From a virus (Duplodnaviria > Caudoviricetes), in the IMG/VR virus record IMGVR_UViG_3300047292_000147, positions 6,378-70,377 of that record: a stretch of 64,000 bases of DNA. One strand, given 5' to 3'. Positions 1 to 11,200 of the stretch are shown here, in pieces; position 1 is the stretch's first letter; the number at the start of each line of letters is the position of its first letter. Made by a program: the position numbers and the translations under genes. The notes beneath the pieces are model-generated. The model was given only the letters and a program-made list of their open reading frames with translations. It was not told the DNA's origin and ran no database searches.

Positions 1-1
1 T

Positions 2-157
2 CAGTTGGCCTTCCAAAAAGACTCGTTTAACAAGCAGTACGCTGCCAACCAGTCTTTGACCAATTCCCGTCTGGAAGATCGTCAAGCACGCCGTGTGCTT
101 GAAAATCCAAACGCTACGGGCGTGGCTGAGTACATGTCCAAATGGGGAGTCAAGTAA
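2..157 (+). CDS. 3' end of N4 gp52-like structural protein (partial)
   Basis: Open frame from base 2 (QLAFQKDSFNKQYAANQSLTNSRLEDRQARR...KWGVK*). Its TAA overlaps the next ATG (TAATG). It lies two genes upstream of vRNAP, as gp52 does in N4. Confidence 0.6.
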   Translation, partial: QLAFQKDSFNKQYAANQSLTNSRLEDRQARRVLENPNATGVAEYMSKWGVK

Positions 158-1413
158 TGGCCCAACCCATCACCTGGCAGAACATTACCGCTCCCAGCTT
201 CGGTGAAGCCAACCGCCTCATGGGCTTGGCTCAGCAGTCAATCCTTGGTGCCTTTGATGGTGCCAAGACTGCACTGGCTGACACCGACAAGTTCAACCAA
301 GAGCTCTGGAAGCGTCAGGACCAAGATGCTACTCAGGACGCCCTGGGCAAGGTCTACCAGGCTCAGACCGTAGATCAGATGAACGCATTGAACCAGTCAG
401 GAGTACTGGATCAAGCCACTGCTGCAAACGGTGCTCGAATTGATCGTGCTGCTGTCAACGCTTTGCGTGACGGCCGTGTCAATACGCTTCAGCAACGCGA
501 GCTTCAAGGCTTAAAGTTTGGTGAAGAAAAACTTGGCATCGAGCAAGCTGGTGCCACTGCCGAAGGTCTGGCATTGGCTCAGAAGCAAGATCCTGTTGCG
601 TTTAACGCTTGGCTTGCTGCCAATCCACAGAACCGCAAAATGGCTGAAGTGCTTGGCTTGAATCGTACTGTTCAGCAAAGCGTTGAAGACCAGACGTTCC
701 AGCGCAATACCGACACCCGTGCTGGCAATGCCGAAACACGCGCTGCTGAAACCCAGCCGCTTACTTTGGACAAACTGCGATCCGACCTCCTTACAGCAGA
801 AAGCCAAAGAAACGCTCAAGCAGCACAGGCTGCTCTTGCTACTGCTCAGGCCGAAAAAGTTCGTGCAGATGCAAAAGCTGCTGCAGCTGCAGGAACTCCA
901 GGCAGTCTGATTGACGCTCGCTACAAGGAGCTGGTTGCCAACGGTCCATGGGACAAAGGCACGCTTGATACTGCAGAAGGCAAGAACGCTTTTCTGGACG
1001 GGCTCAAAAAAATGGGCCTTCCTTCTGCTGCAGTTGATGACGTTGTTTCTCAGGTGTACAAGTACTACGGCAAAGGTGCTGTAGTTGGCTTTGATGAAAA
1101 AGGTCAGCCGATCCGTGCACCTCTGGGTGTATCGACTGCGTTGCAAGCAGTGGGCGAGGCTGGTAGCAACACGATGGTTGACAGTCTCTTTGGCTGGAGC
1201 CGTCGGGGCGATCAGACTGCCAATGCGTTGGACAGGATGTTTGGTACTTACTCGACTGGCGAGAAGAATCCTGCTTGGCAAGCCACCAAAGACAACGAGC
1301 TTATTCAAAAGATGCAAGCCACGCTGGCTTTGCGGAATCAGCGTGAACAGCTTCTGGCTACTCCTCCTGAGCAAGTCAACTACAACGGCAAGAACCCAAA
1401 AAAGCAGAAGTGA
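157..1413 (+). CDS. N4 gp51-position internal virion/ejection protein (418 aa; start reassigned to ATG 157)
   Basis: Ala/Gln-rich, Cys-free and helical; begins MAQPITWQN; syntenic with N4 gp51 just upstream of vRNAP; start coupled to the upstream stop. Confidence 0.7.
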   Translation: MAQPITWQNITAPSFGEANRLMGLAQQSILGAFDGAKTALADTDKFNQELWKRQDQDATQDALGKVYQAQTVDQMNALNQSGVLDQATAANGARIDRAAVNALRDGRVNTLQQRELQGLKFGEEKLGIEQAGATAEGLALAQKQDPVAFNAWLAANPQNRKMAEVLGLNRTVQQSVEDQTFQRNTDTRAGNAETRAAETQPLTLDKLRSDLLTAESQRNAQAAQAALATAQAEKVRADAKAAAAAGTPGSLIDARYKELVANGPWDKGTLDTAEGKNAFLDGLKKMGLPSAAVDDVVSQVYKYYGKGAVVGFDEKGQPIRAPLGVSTALQAVGEAGSNTMVDSLFGWSRRGDQTANALDRMFGTYSTGEKNPAWQATKDNELIQKMQATLALRNQREQLLATPPEQVNYNGKNPKKQK

Positions 1414-1463
1414 CGGCACAACCACCGGCCCCAGTTGAGTCTGGGGCGGTGCCGTCAACTCAG
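1398..1463 (+). other. Candidate -1 programmed ribosomal frameshift signal
   Basis: A_AAA_AAG at 1398-1404 is in the zero frame, followed by the spacer CAGAAG. TGACGGCAC (1411-1419) pairs with GTGCCGTCA (1449-1457), and GCCCCAG (1428-1434) pairs with CTGGGGC (1441-1447). The -1 frame is open into the 1410..2129 ORF. Confidence 0.75.
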
Positions 1464-2129
1464 GTGAACGGTGCTCCTGCGCCGATCAAGCCAATTGCGC
1501 AGACACCAGAAGGCACTTTTGTTACATCGAAGGGTGTTCTTGTCAAAGCCAATGCCACGTTGGCAATCGATGGTTCAAGCGGTGCTCCAGTCGGTGTGAC
1601 TCGGAATCTTCAAGTCCCGAAGGAACTGAGCAACAGCAAGCCAACCACTTTGGTTCAAGCCGATCCGAAGAACCTGAAGAGTGGTGATGCGTTCAAAGCC
1701 ACGATGACTTGGGTCAAAGACGGAGACACGTTGGATCTGTCAAATGGTGTGGTTTGCCGAGTCAATGGCATCGATGCTCCAGAGACAGCCAAGCCTAAAA
1801 AAGGTCAGCCTGCTCAGGCGTACTCCGCTGAAGCAACGAAAACACTTGAGCAGATGGTTCGGAACAAGGAACTGACCATTCGCATTGTTGAACCACCAAG
1901 TGGTAAGAACTACGATCGTGCCTCTTGCATCATTGAAGTCGAAGGCAAAGACGTTAACGTCGCCATGCTTCAACAGGGAGCTGCCTGGTTCTGGGGTTCG
2001 TTTGTCAAAGACTCGTTTCAGTACCAGAAAATGCAGGCTGCAGAATCGAAAGCGAAAAAGAACAAGGTTGGATTGTGGAAAGATCCAGATCCAGTCTTTC
2101 CAAACACTTACCAACGACAATACCGGTAA
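1410..2129 (+). CDS. Thermonuclease (SNase-like) domain preceded by a Pro/Ala-rich linker
   Basis: Staphylococcal nuclease motifs KDGDT, RVNGIDAPE, NYDR, DVNVAMLQQGAAW and AESKAKKNKVGLW. The GTG start has no strong Shine-Dalgarno. Confidence 0.85.
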   Translation: MTAQPPAPVESGAVPSTQVNGAPAPIKPIAQTPEGTFVTSKGVLVKANATLAIDGSSGAPVGVTRNLQVPKELSNSKPTTLVQADPKNLKSGDAFKATMTWVKDGDTLDLSNGVVCRVNGIDAPETAKPKKGQPAQAYSAEATKTLEQMVRNKELTIRIVEPPSGKNYDRASCIIEVEGKDVNVAMLQQGAAWFWGSFVKDSFQYQKMQAAESKAKKNKVGLWKDPDPVFPNTYQRQYR

Positions 2130-2143
2130 CGGTACACATCAAG

Positions 2144-2172
2144 AAAGCCGGGGTAACTCCCGGCTTTTTCTT
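2144..2172 (+). terminator. Rho-independent terminator
   Basis: AAAGCCGGGG-TAA-CTCCCGGCTTT followed by TTCTTT. Confidence 0.75.
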
Positions 2173-2207
2173 TAGAATAGTCGCAATCCCCCAGACAGAA
2201 AGTCAAT

Positions 2208-5200
2208 ATGGCTGAATTCGACCTCAATAGCTATTTCTCCAAGCGCCAACAACTGTTTGGGCAAGACAAGGTAGATGCTTTGCAGAAGGCTTCTGCAGAG
2301 AAAGTTCAAGCTCTCCAAGAAAGCCGAGCCCGAGATCAGGCTTACCTAAACAGCCCTCAAGCACAGATCGATCGAGCTGTTGCGGAAGGCCGTACCTGGG
2401 GCGAGTTTGGTCAAGACGTTGGTTTGTCTGCCATTCAAGGCGTTGATGCCTTGGCCAAGTTGCCGGCAATGGTTTACGACAAAGCCACGGAAGGAAACTT
2501 CTATGGCACGGAGACTCAGAGGATCAGTGCAATGTCCGATGAGCGTGAAAAGCTCAAGTCGGCATTTGCACAGGCCAACAACAAGCAGAAAGCCGATGCG
2601 GCCAAAGCTGCTGGTGAAGCGGCCAAAGAGTACTTTGGTGACGGTGCCCTTGGAACTGGTGCGCAGGTTGCTGCCGAGTTTGGTACTGCTTTCTGGGAAG
2701 CTGCCAAAGATCCAGGCAGCATTCCTGAGTTCTTGGCTCAACAAGCTGCTCAGCTGGGCGTCATGGGCAAGGTTGGCCGAGCATCGGAGCTCGCAGCTAA
2801 AGCTGCTGTCAAAGCAGCTCCAGTCCTTGCGGCTACCAAGGCTGGCCAGGCCGCAGTGAACCGTGTCGGTACGGCCGGTGCAGTAGGCACTGGTGCTGTG
2901 CTTCAGGGTACAGACGTTGGTTCGGACACCATGACTCGCCTTATGGAGCTTCCACAGGCAGTCTGGGATCAGAACCCTCAGTACAAAGTCCGAGCCGCTG
3001 AAATCGGTGCGGATGCTGCCAAGCAGGAGATTGCATCTCGTTTGGCTTCGGAAGCTACGGTGCAAGGTGCTGCAACTTCGTTGCTGTCCGCTGCCTTGCC
3101 TGGTGGTTCGTCTGTTGAGAAGGCCCTGGTCGGCAAGTCCCTGGGAGGCTTCAAAGCTGTTCCCAAAGCCTTTGTCGGAGAGTCGGGCCAGGAAGGTATC
3201 GAAGAGGGTACTGGCAAGTTCTTTGGCAATGCTGGGGTCAAGCAAATCGATCCAACCCAGTCACTGTCCGAGGATGTGGGTGCTGCAGCTGGCCAAGGCG
3301 CTTACATGGGTGGCTTGCTGGGTGCCGGCATCAGCGGTGTGCAGACTGCCGGAAACGCAGCTGCCATTGCTGCCGCTGAACGTGCGGCCAAGGTTCAGGA
3401 GGAAGTGGCCAAGAAGCAGGATCTGAGCGCTGCAATCGCCTCAGGTGATGTCTCGGCTTACCTGGATCCCAAGAGCCCTTCCTTTGCCCCCGAGAAGGCC
3501 GTGCAAGGACTGTTTGGCAACAGCCAAAAGGAAGACACCACACCGGAAGCCAAGCAGACCAACTTCGTCAAAGCCGAATCGATCGTTGCTGACCTCAAGA
3601 GCGAACGAGAGAAGCTTCAGCTTGAGCTTGATTGGACCAATCCAGACAAGCTTCAGGCGCGTCTTGATGCTGGCAGGGACGGCTTTAGTCCTGAGCTTAT
3701 TGCAGCGACAGAAGAAACCATTGCAACGCTTCGTACTACCCCTGCTGATCCGAATGAGATTGCAGCGCTTGAAGCCAAAGCAAAAAGCATGGATCGAAAG
3801 ATCCAGCTGTCCGAAACCATTCTCAAAGACTTCAACAGGGAAGGCCAAAACCAGCAAGTTGATGTTGAGGCTGAAGTAGCCAAGCTGAAGGACGCTGATC
3901 CTGTGGTGTCACAGGGTGCGGCCGACAACATCATCAACCTGTCCATGAAGTCTCCAGAGCTCGTGGATCGGAAGTTGGCTGCATCACTGGTCAACGACAC
4001 CACGAACAACCTGACGGACTCTCAGCGGGATTACCTGCGTGCGTTCTCCGAGGCTCGAGTTGCTGAAAACACCCTGAAGACCATGGGTGACGTTTCCAAA
4101 GAGATCTTCTTTGGATCGGCCAAAGACAAGCAGGGAATCAAGTACACCGGTCTGGCCGAGTACCGAGCCAATGTAGCTGTGACGCTGGCTGCTGGAAACC
4201 AGAAGTCTGCTGACCGTGAACTGGCTTTGCTGACCAATTTTGAAACCAGCCATCAAGCCAAAGCAAAAGCTGCTTCTGAGGCCTATGCCGCATTCCTGAA
4301 AGATGGAATCGAACGTCGTGTCGTCAGAAACAAAGACGGCAGTTGGAAAGTTGAACAGGGTTTGTTTGAAAGCCCTGCTGCTCGTGTTGAAAACGGTGGC
4401 TTGGATATTAAGGAGAATTCTCCAAAGATCGTCGCTGAAACCAAAACAGAAGCAGATGCAATTTCCAAGACTGCTGTCGAATTGAAGGCTGCTTATGCAG
4501 TAAAGTTTGGTTCAGGTAATACCGGTGGAGCCAGTAATGTCCAGAACGTACCGCAAGCACTCGAAGGAATTCAAAGCGCCGAAACGCAGCTTCGACCCGA
4601 AGCCTCGACGCAAGATGGAGCCGCTGAGGGAGTTGCGACTACCGGAGGAGGAGCCGCTGCCGACGTTCAGGCCGATGCAACAGCTGGAACTGATGCTGTA
4701 GCTCCTGCAAGCAAAAAAACAAACAGCCTTGAATTTGCTCGTTCTCTTGACAAGCAACTAAGTGACAGGCTTACACCAATTAGTCGCGCTCAGAAAGATG
4801 GAAAGATCTCACTGGAAGACGCTCGTGCACGTTTTCAAGAAGAAAAAACAAAGCTCATTGCTGAGAATGCTGAAGCTTTGGTGGCTGCTGCTTTTGAAGG
4901 GATCGCCCCTCGCACGTTGGCTGTTGCTAAGTCGTTTGCCAAAGATGGAAATGCTGCAATGGCTGCAGCACAAGCCCTTGGAGAGGTAGGAATCGCTTCT
5001 AGGCTGTACCCAGAAAACGATGCCTTGGTGCAACAGCTTGTGCTTGCTCGCTTGGCTCAGGAAACCCCGGCCGCTGCTCCAACAACTCAGGAGGCTCCGT
5101 CCTCTGCTGCGAGCACTGTAAAAGCTAAGACAGATCAAGCTCAACTGCAGTCTACTGAGCAGGCTACCACTTCGACTGAAGCGGTCGTTCCGGTTCCTGA

Positions 5201-8200
5201 AGCGGTCGCAGAAGCTGTGGAGTCTCAAGGGCTTACCGCACTCCAACAGAAGTCCCCGGAGGGGAAGTCCTACGTTGAACGTAACCTGCTGGCTGATCAC
5301 CTGAAGCAGACAGGCAAGCGTCCGTTGGTGATGGTCAAGAACTTTGTGACTGCTCTGAAGCAGCAGACTGCAAAGGTCATGGACTACCTGGATGTGAAGG
5401 AGCCTACGGACAAGCAGAAGGCTGCGGTGCAGCTGCTGGCTCGCAAGGTTGCAGAGTGGGGTCCGGTCATCAAGGGAAGCCTGGTAAAGGGCTACTGGAA
5501 CAACACCGAGAAGAAAGCCAAGGACGCCACCGAGTACCGCTACGCCGACCTGATGCAGTTCCTGATCGAAGGCACCAACAAGGATGGCCTGGATCTGGAA
5601 GAGAACATCAAGACGGCGATCGTCTACGCAGCCATGCGTGCGACGGTGGACGCTGCAGACAGCAACACGTTCAACTCGCCCGAAGACATCAACGCAATGT
5701 TCGGCCGATCGGATGAAGCCGAGGTCTCCGAGACCGAGCAGCGCATCCTGGCCAACGTCGGTGTGCGGGACAACAACTGGCGCAATCGTGCCGGTCAAGC
5801 CGCTGTTCAAGCCCTTGGTTTGAAGGCTGCTGACGAGAACACGCCGATTGATCTGCTGCCCCGACTGGAGAGCGCTTTTGGTGCGTACATCCAGAAGCTG
5901 CTGATGGACCGGGGCATCATGGTTCGGGAGACCCTGAGCCGCAAGGAGATGGAAGAGCTGTTCCCCGTTAATCCAGCTGATCCGAGCAGCAAGGTGCCGC
6001 CTTCATGGCAGTTTATGAAGCTGGCTCGAGATGCGGAAGGCAATCCCGTGCCTGCTGCTCAGCAGATCATCGAAGGACTCCAAGGCACAGGCAACGTGCT
6101 GGACAAGCTGTTTGATGTGGAGACCTTGGTTCGATTCCCGGTGCTGCAAGCGGCCGAGTTCAAGGACAAGAGCCAGAAGGGCGTCAACGAAGGCATCCCG
6201 GAGAACCTGCTTGAAGCAGTGAACCAGAAGCAGCAGGAAGCAGGCTACCTGCGTGAAGACTCTTGGGCTGTGCTCAGTGCATTGCCTGAGAAGGCCTTTC
6301 TGATGATGCACGGCTGGGTGGATCTGGAAAACACGACCGTCCACGCAATGGACATGCTGTCGGTGCAAGCCAAGAACGAAGGCATCGTGCGTGAGTACAA
6401 CCGCATCAAGCAATTCGTGTCCGAGGTGATTCAGCCGGCTGCAACTGAAGCCGACACTGAGTTGGGTGCTGTGCCGTTCTACGCTGAGATGTTCGTTGCC
6501 AAGCAGCAGCGTGTCTTCCAGAAGACCAATGGCTTCAATCAGCAGACCAGCAAGATGCACAGAAACGTGTATCGCAAGGGCTCATGGTCTCTGGACATCA
6601 AGCTCTCCGACGAAGCAGCCATGAACAACTTCAAGCTGCGTGTGCTCGAAGCCTTGGGAACCAAGACCGATGCACAGACCAACGACAGAACGCTGGACCA
6701 GTTCGATGCTGCCTTTGATCCCGAGATGCAATCGAGCACCAAGGGCAAAGAGAAAGCCGCTGCATTGCGCGATGCCGTGAAGACACTGCAGAAGATCATC
6801 TACGAAGGCACCACTTTGAGTGATGCCGAAGTTGATGCTTTGGTCAATGGTGTGGCCAAGGGTGGTGAAAAGGGTTTGACGCTGGCTGCACTTCAGGACA
6901 TGGCTCACTACATGCAAGCCATGGAGACTGGAACCGAGACATTCCCGGTGCAGTTCCAGGGTGAGATCGATGGCAAGACCAACGGCGTGATCATCAGCCA
7001 GTTGCTTTTCGGTGGTGCCGAGAGCCTGGAAGACATGCAGAACCGCATGCGTCGTGGTGGTCTGTTCTTTGAAGGCGATCAGGACAGCCAGTTCAACTCC
7101 TGGAAGCAAGAGGGCAACCTCGACCAGTACGAGTCCCTGGCCAAGCGACTGAATGAGATCGCTCAGCTGACTTTAGCCAGCGATCCTGAGGTGTATGCAG
7201 CCATCGAAGGCTTCACCAAGCCGCTGTCTACTGCTGATGGCCAGGTAGCCAAAGAAGGCCGGGACTTCACCAAGAATCCGCTGACCACTTTGATGTTTGG
7301 TTCCACGCTGTACTCGGCTGTGGACAAGATGGGTGACAAGCTAATTGCTCAGATCAGCAAGCGCATTGTTGATGTCGTGGACGGCAAGACACCTTCGACC
7401 ATGAAGGAAGTTCTGCAAGACCTGAACACGCTGATCACCCGAGGCGGTGGCAAGCCGATCAACGTCAACATGACAAACGCTCAGGCGATGAGTTCAGAGC
7501 TCAGCTCTGACCAGACTGCAGCCATCAAGCGGGCATTCCACAATTCGCTAGGCGATGCTGCAAAGCAAGCCTTTGAAGAAGAGTTCGGCACCTACCTGCA
7601 GCAGCGCAGCATTGCTGATGAAGCAGCCAACTTGACGTTTGCTCTGTCCAATGCCGTGATCTCCGGCATGCGTGTGGATTACGTCAGCAAGCTGATTGCT
7701 GATGAAGTCATGCCTGTCAACCCGACTACTGGCCAGCCACTGCGTGCACTGACCAAGCAAGAAGAGCGTGAGTTCCAAAAGCAAGTCAGCAAGCTGATTC
7801 CCCGTGTGCACACTGCTGGCTCGAAGAAAGACGGCAAGCAGTCGTCTGGCATTGGCTTGTTCAAGACCAAGCAGACGCTCAGCACCAACCCTGTCTACCA
7901 AGGCAAGGCCAGCTTCGGGACTCCGTTTGCAGACACCGTTGGCAAGACCGGCCGTCAAGGTCAGTCGATCGAGTCGTTCAGCGCAAAACTGAACAGCAAC
8001 GAGGTGGTTCAGGAAGAGCCAGGGATCAGCACTTCATCAAAGCAGGTGCACTCCTTCGACAGTACGGTTGCTCGTGGTGCTGAAACGCTGTTGGCTGCAC
8101 AGGGCATCGAGACTGATAACAACCACGATGCTTTGACTTCTGGTTTGAATGGCTTCAACAAAGTTGGTCAAGCACTGAACCAAAGCTTCTACAGTGAGCT

Positions 8201-11200
8201 GTCCCAGTACTCGCCTCTGGGTGAGTTGTCTGCGTCGCTCAATGGGATGGTTCAGGCCATCATCGGTTTTGCTGTCACTGGAGAAGGCAACAACCTGACC
8301 CCCACTGCACAGAAGAACCTTGCTGCAGTGCTCAACGAGCTGGTCAGCACCTATGGTTTGGATGCTGCTGCATCCCTGAATCTGGTGATCAGAAACACTG
8401 CTGATGCTGCCTACCGTGCAGACAAGATGAAGCTGGAGACGCTGGCCGGTGTCGTGTCTGTGGATCAGTACACCTTGGAAGGCGGCAACTACGAAGTCAC
8501 TCCAAAAGATCGTGACGCCATCACCGCTCAACTTGCTGCTCTGAGCCCAGAGGTCAAGTTGGGTGTATTCGAGGCTGTGGATTCGTTGGTGACGCTGATG
8601 GGTGACACGCTCACCGTGCCTCAGGCTCGCCAGACAAAGACCAAAGGTGCCACTGAGTTTGGCAACCTGGGTGCGTCTTCCGTCCGACACGATGCAGATC
8701 TGGTCAGCGTCTTCGAGAAGCGCGGTCAGTTGAATGCCAAACAGTTGGTTCAAGTGCTGCGCAAGAAGTTTGCCGAGAACACTGTCAACCGGGAGATCCT
8801 GGAGAAGCTGGTTCCTCTTCTGAACGCTGGTTTGGTGGTGAAGTACATCACCCCCGACTCCACTTCGGCCGATGTGCTGGAGAAAGCCAAAGAACCTTCC
8901 CGTGGTTGGTTCGTGTCCAAGGATGGCCAGCAGGAGATCTACGTTCTGGGTACCCAGTTCAAGGACTCTGGCCTGACTCCCGAGCTGCTGTTGCACGAAA
9001 CCTTGCACGCTGTGCTGGCGCAGGTGATCAACGGTCCGAAGAGTGCGGATGCTCAGGCTCTGGTGGCCGAGCTCGAGACGCTGCTTGCCGAGGCCAAGGC
9101 CATCGTGGCAAGCGACGCGTCGTTGTCTGCCTTTGCGCCGGCCGTCACCAATGTGGATGAACTGGTGTCTTGGGGCCTGACCAACAAGAACTTTCAGGTC
9201 AAGGTGCTAAGCAAGGTCCGGATGCAGTCCCAGACCACTCAGAACCGTTTGGTTTCGGGCATAAAGGCATTCGTGGATGCGGTGGCTTCGTTGCTCTTCC
9301 GCCGTCCTGACAAAAACCAGAACCACGGTGTGTTCGTCTTGATGTCGAACGTCTCCGGTCTGTTGACTGAAGCTGCCAATTCCAAACCCGGCGTGGATGT
9401 GAACCTGAGCATGGCCAGCCAGGTCGAGCGGATCAACAGCTTTACGACCCTGCAGATCCACGAGGCATTGGATACAGGGGCCGTAGACCCCGCTTTCCAG
9501 TCTCAGCTGGCCAATCTCCTCACCGGCATCGTTGACGCGCTCCACGGCCCGTTTGGTGCGTTTGCGCAGGCATTGCGGGGGACCGAAGCCAAGACGCCTA
9601 TGGATGCGTGGGCCAAGGCCAAGGAACTGGGTGTCGCCCCGTTCGGTTCCAGCGTGCTGGCCCGGATGGGTGCAAGCGAGCAGGAAGCCTTTGTGATCGA
9701 GCAGGTGGAAGCGACGGTCAAGGCCGCTTTGGAAGGCAACAACGCACAGGCCAAGATCGCCTACCGCGAGCTCTACAACCTGTACACGGAGATGTACAAC
9801 AAGTTCAACAAGGACGGTTCCGACTTCTTCAAGGGTGATTGGGCTTTGGCCACTCCTTCGGAGAAGGCTCATGCCAAGAGCCAGTACGACTTCGTGTTTG
9901 AGCTAAAAAGCGACAACGGGAACCGTTCCGATTATCTGGCTCGGTTTGCTGCATTGGGTCTGGCCCATCAGGGTTTCAACCAGATGCTGCAAGTGGCGAC
10001 CGAGAGTGATGTTGGAAAGCTTCGTGGGAAAGAATCCTTTGAGCAACGTCTGCGCCGTTGGTTCTCCAACGTGCTGGGTATGTTCCGTCAGCGTGTGACC
10101 AAGACTTACGCCGGTCAGCTTGCGGATGTGAAGCTGCAGACCTTGGTTGGCCAGCTGGTAGACATCGAGGCCAAGAAGCGTTCTTTGATCCAAGCCAAGA
10201 AAGGGCTGATCAACACCGCCATGGTGGAAGACGGTGCACGGGAAGTCACCGAAGGGCTTCGTAAGACGATTGCCAAAGTTGCTGATTCGGATTTCATGCG
10301 CAACCAGAAGAACACTGCAGTGCAGGTGGTTCGCAGTGCGGTCAGCACCATCACCAACGATCGCACCGAGAAGTACATCGAGGGCATGCAGAAGTTCGTC
10401 GAACGCAATATGCAGGCTCAAGGCAGCGTGCTTGTCAGCGTTCTGAAGGAATTGACTGGGCACAAAGAAAAGCTGCAAGCAGCGTTCCGTGTAGTGAAGA
10501 AGTTCGAAGGCGATCGTCAGGATCAGATTGCTGGCTGGGCCAAAGATGCTCGCAAGGCATTTGGCAAGAAGCTGTCGAGAGAGAGCAGCGCCAGCATCAC
10601 TTCAGTGATCATGCGTACTGGCTTGCACTATCTGAGTAACACGATGTCAATGGCCGAGTTGGAGCGCTTGGTCGACAACCCGGTTGCTCAGAACCTGGCC
10701 ATTGCTGAACTGGAAGCCAAGCTGGGCCACATGAAAGCCGAGTACGTTACTCAGATTAAAGGACTGGGCTACTACAAGGCAACAGAGGAGGTGAAGGTTG
10801 AAGTGCTGATGATGAACTCGCACTTGATCTCCAAGCTGGCTGATACGGTTTATGAGAAGCAGATCAGCGATGCACAAGCCAAAGCAGCAGAACCGATCAT
10901 CAAACAGCTGGTGTCGCTCTACGCACTGAAGTACACCTCACGAACCGAGCAGGCTTTGGCCAAGCAGGTGTTCCGTGATGAGAACGCTCGTGGCGAGTCT
11001 GTTGGCAACGGCATCGACTTCGTGATGAAGACACAGAAGGCTCTGGAAGCAGAAGCCTTCGAGCGTCAGTTCAAGAACAACTCTGCATTGATGGTGCATG
11101 GCTTTACGCCTGAGATCGTGAACCCACACACCGAGTTTGATGTGCTAGACGAAGTAACCGGCAAAGAGCTGGAAGACTATGGCTACAAGAAAGGCGCTTC

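Noticed and set aside
142-156. ATG at 142 as start of the gp51-like gene
   Set aside because: It lies inside the upstream gene; the TAATG-coupled ATG at 157 is more plausible.
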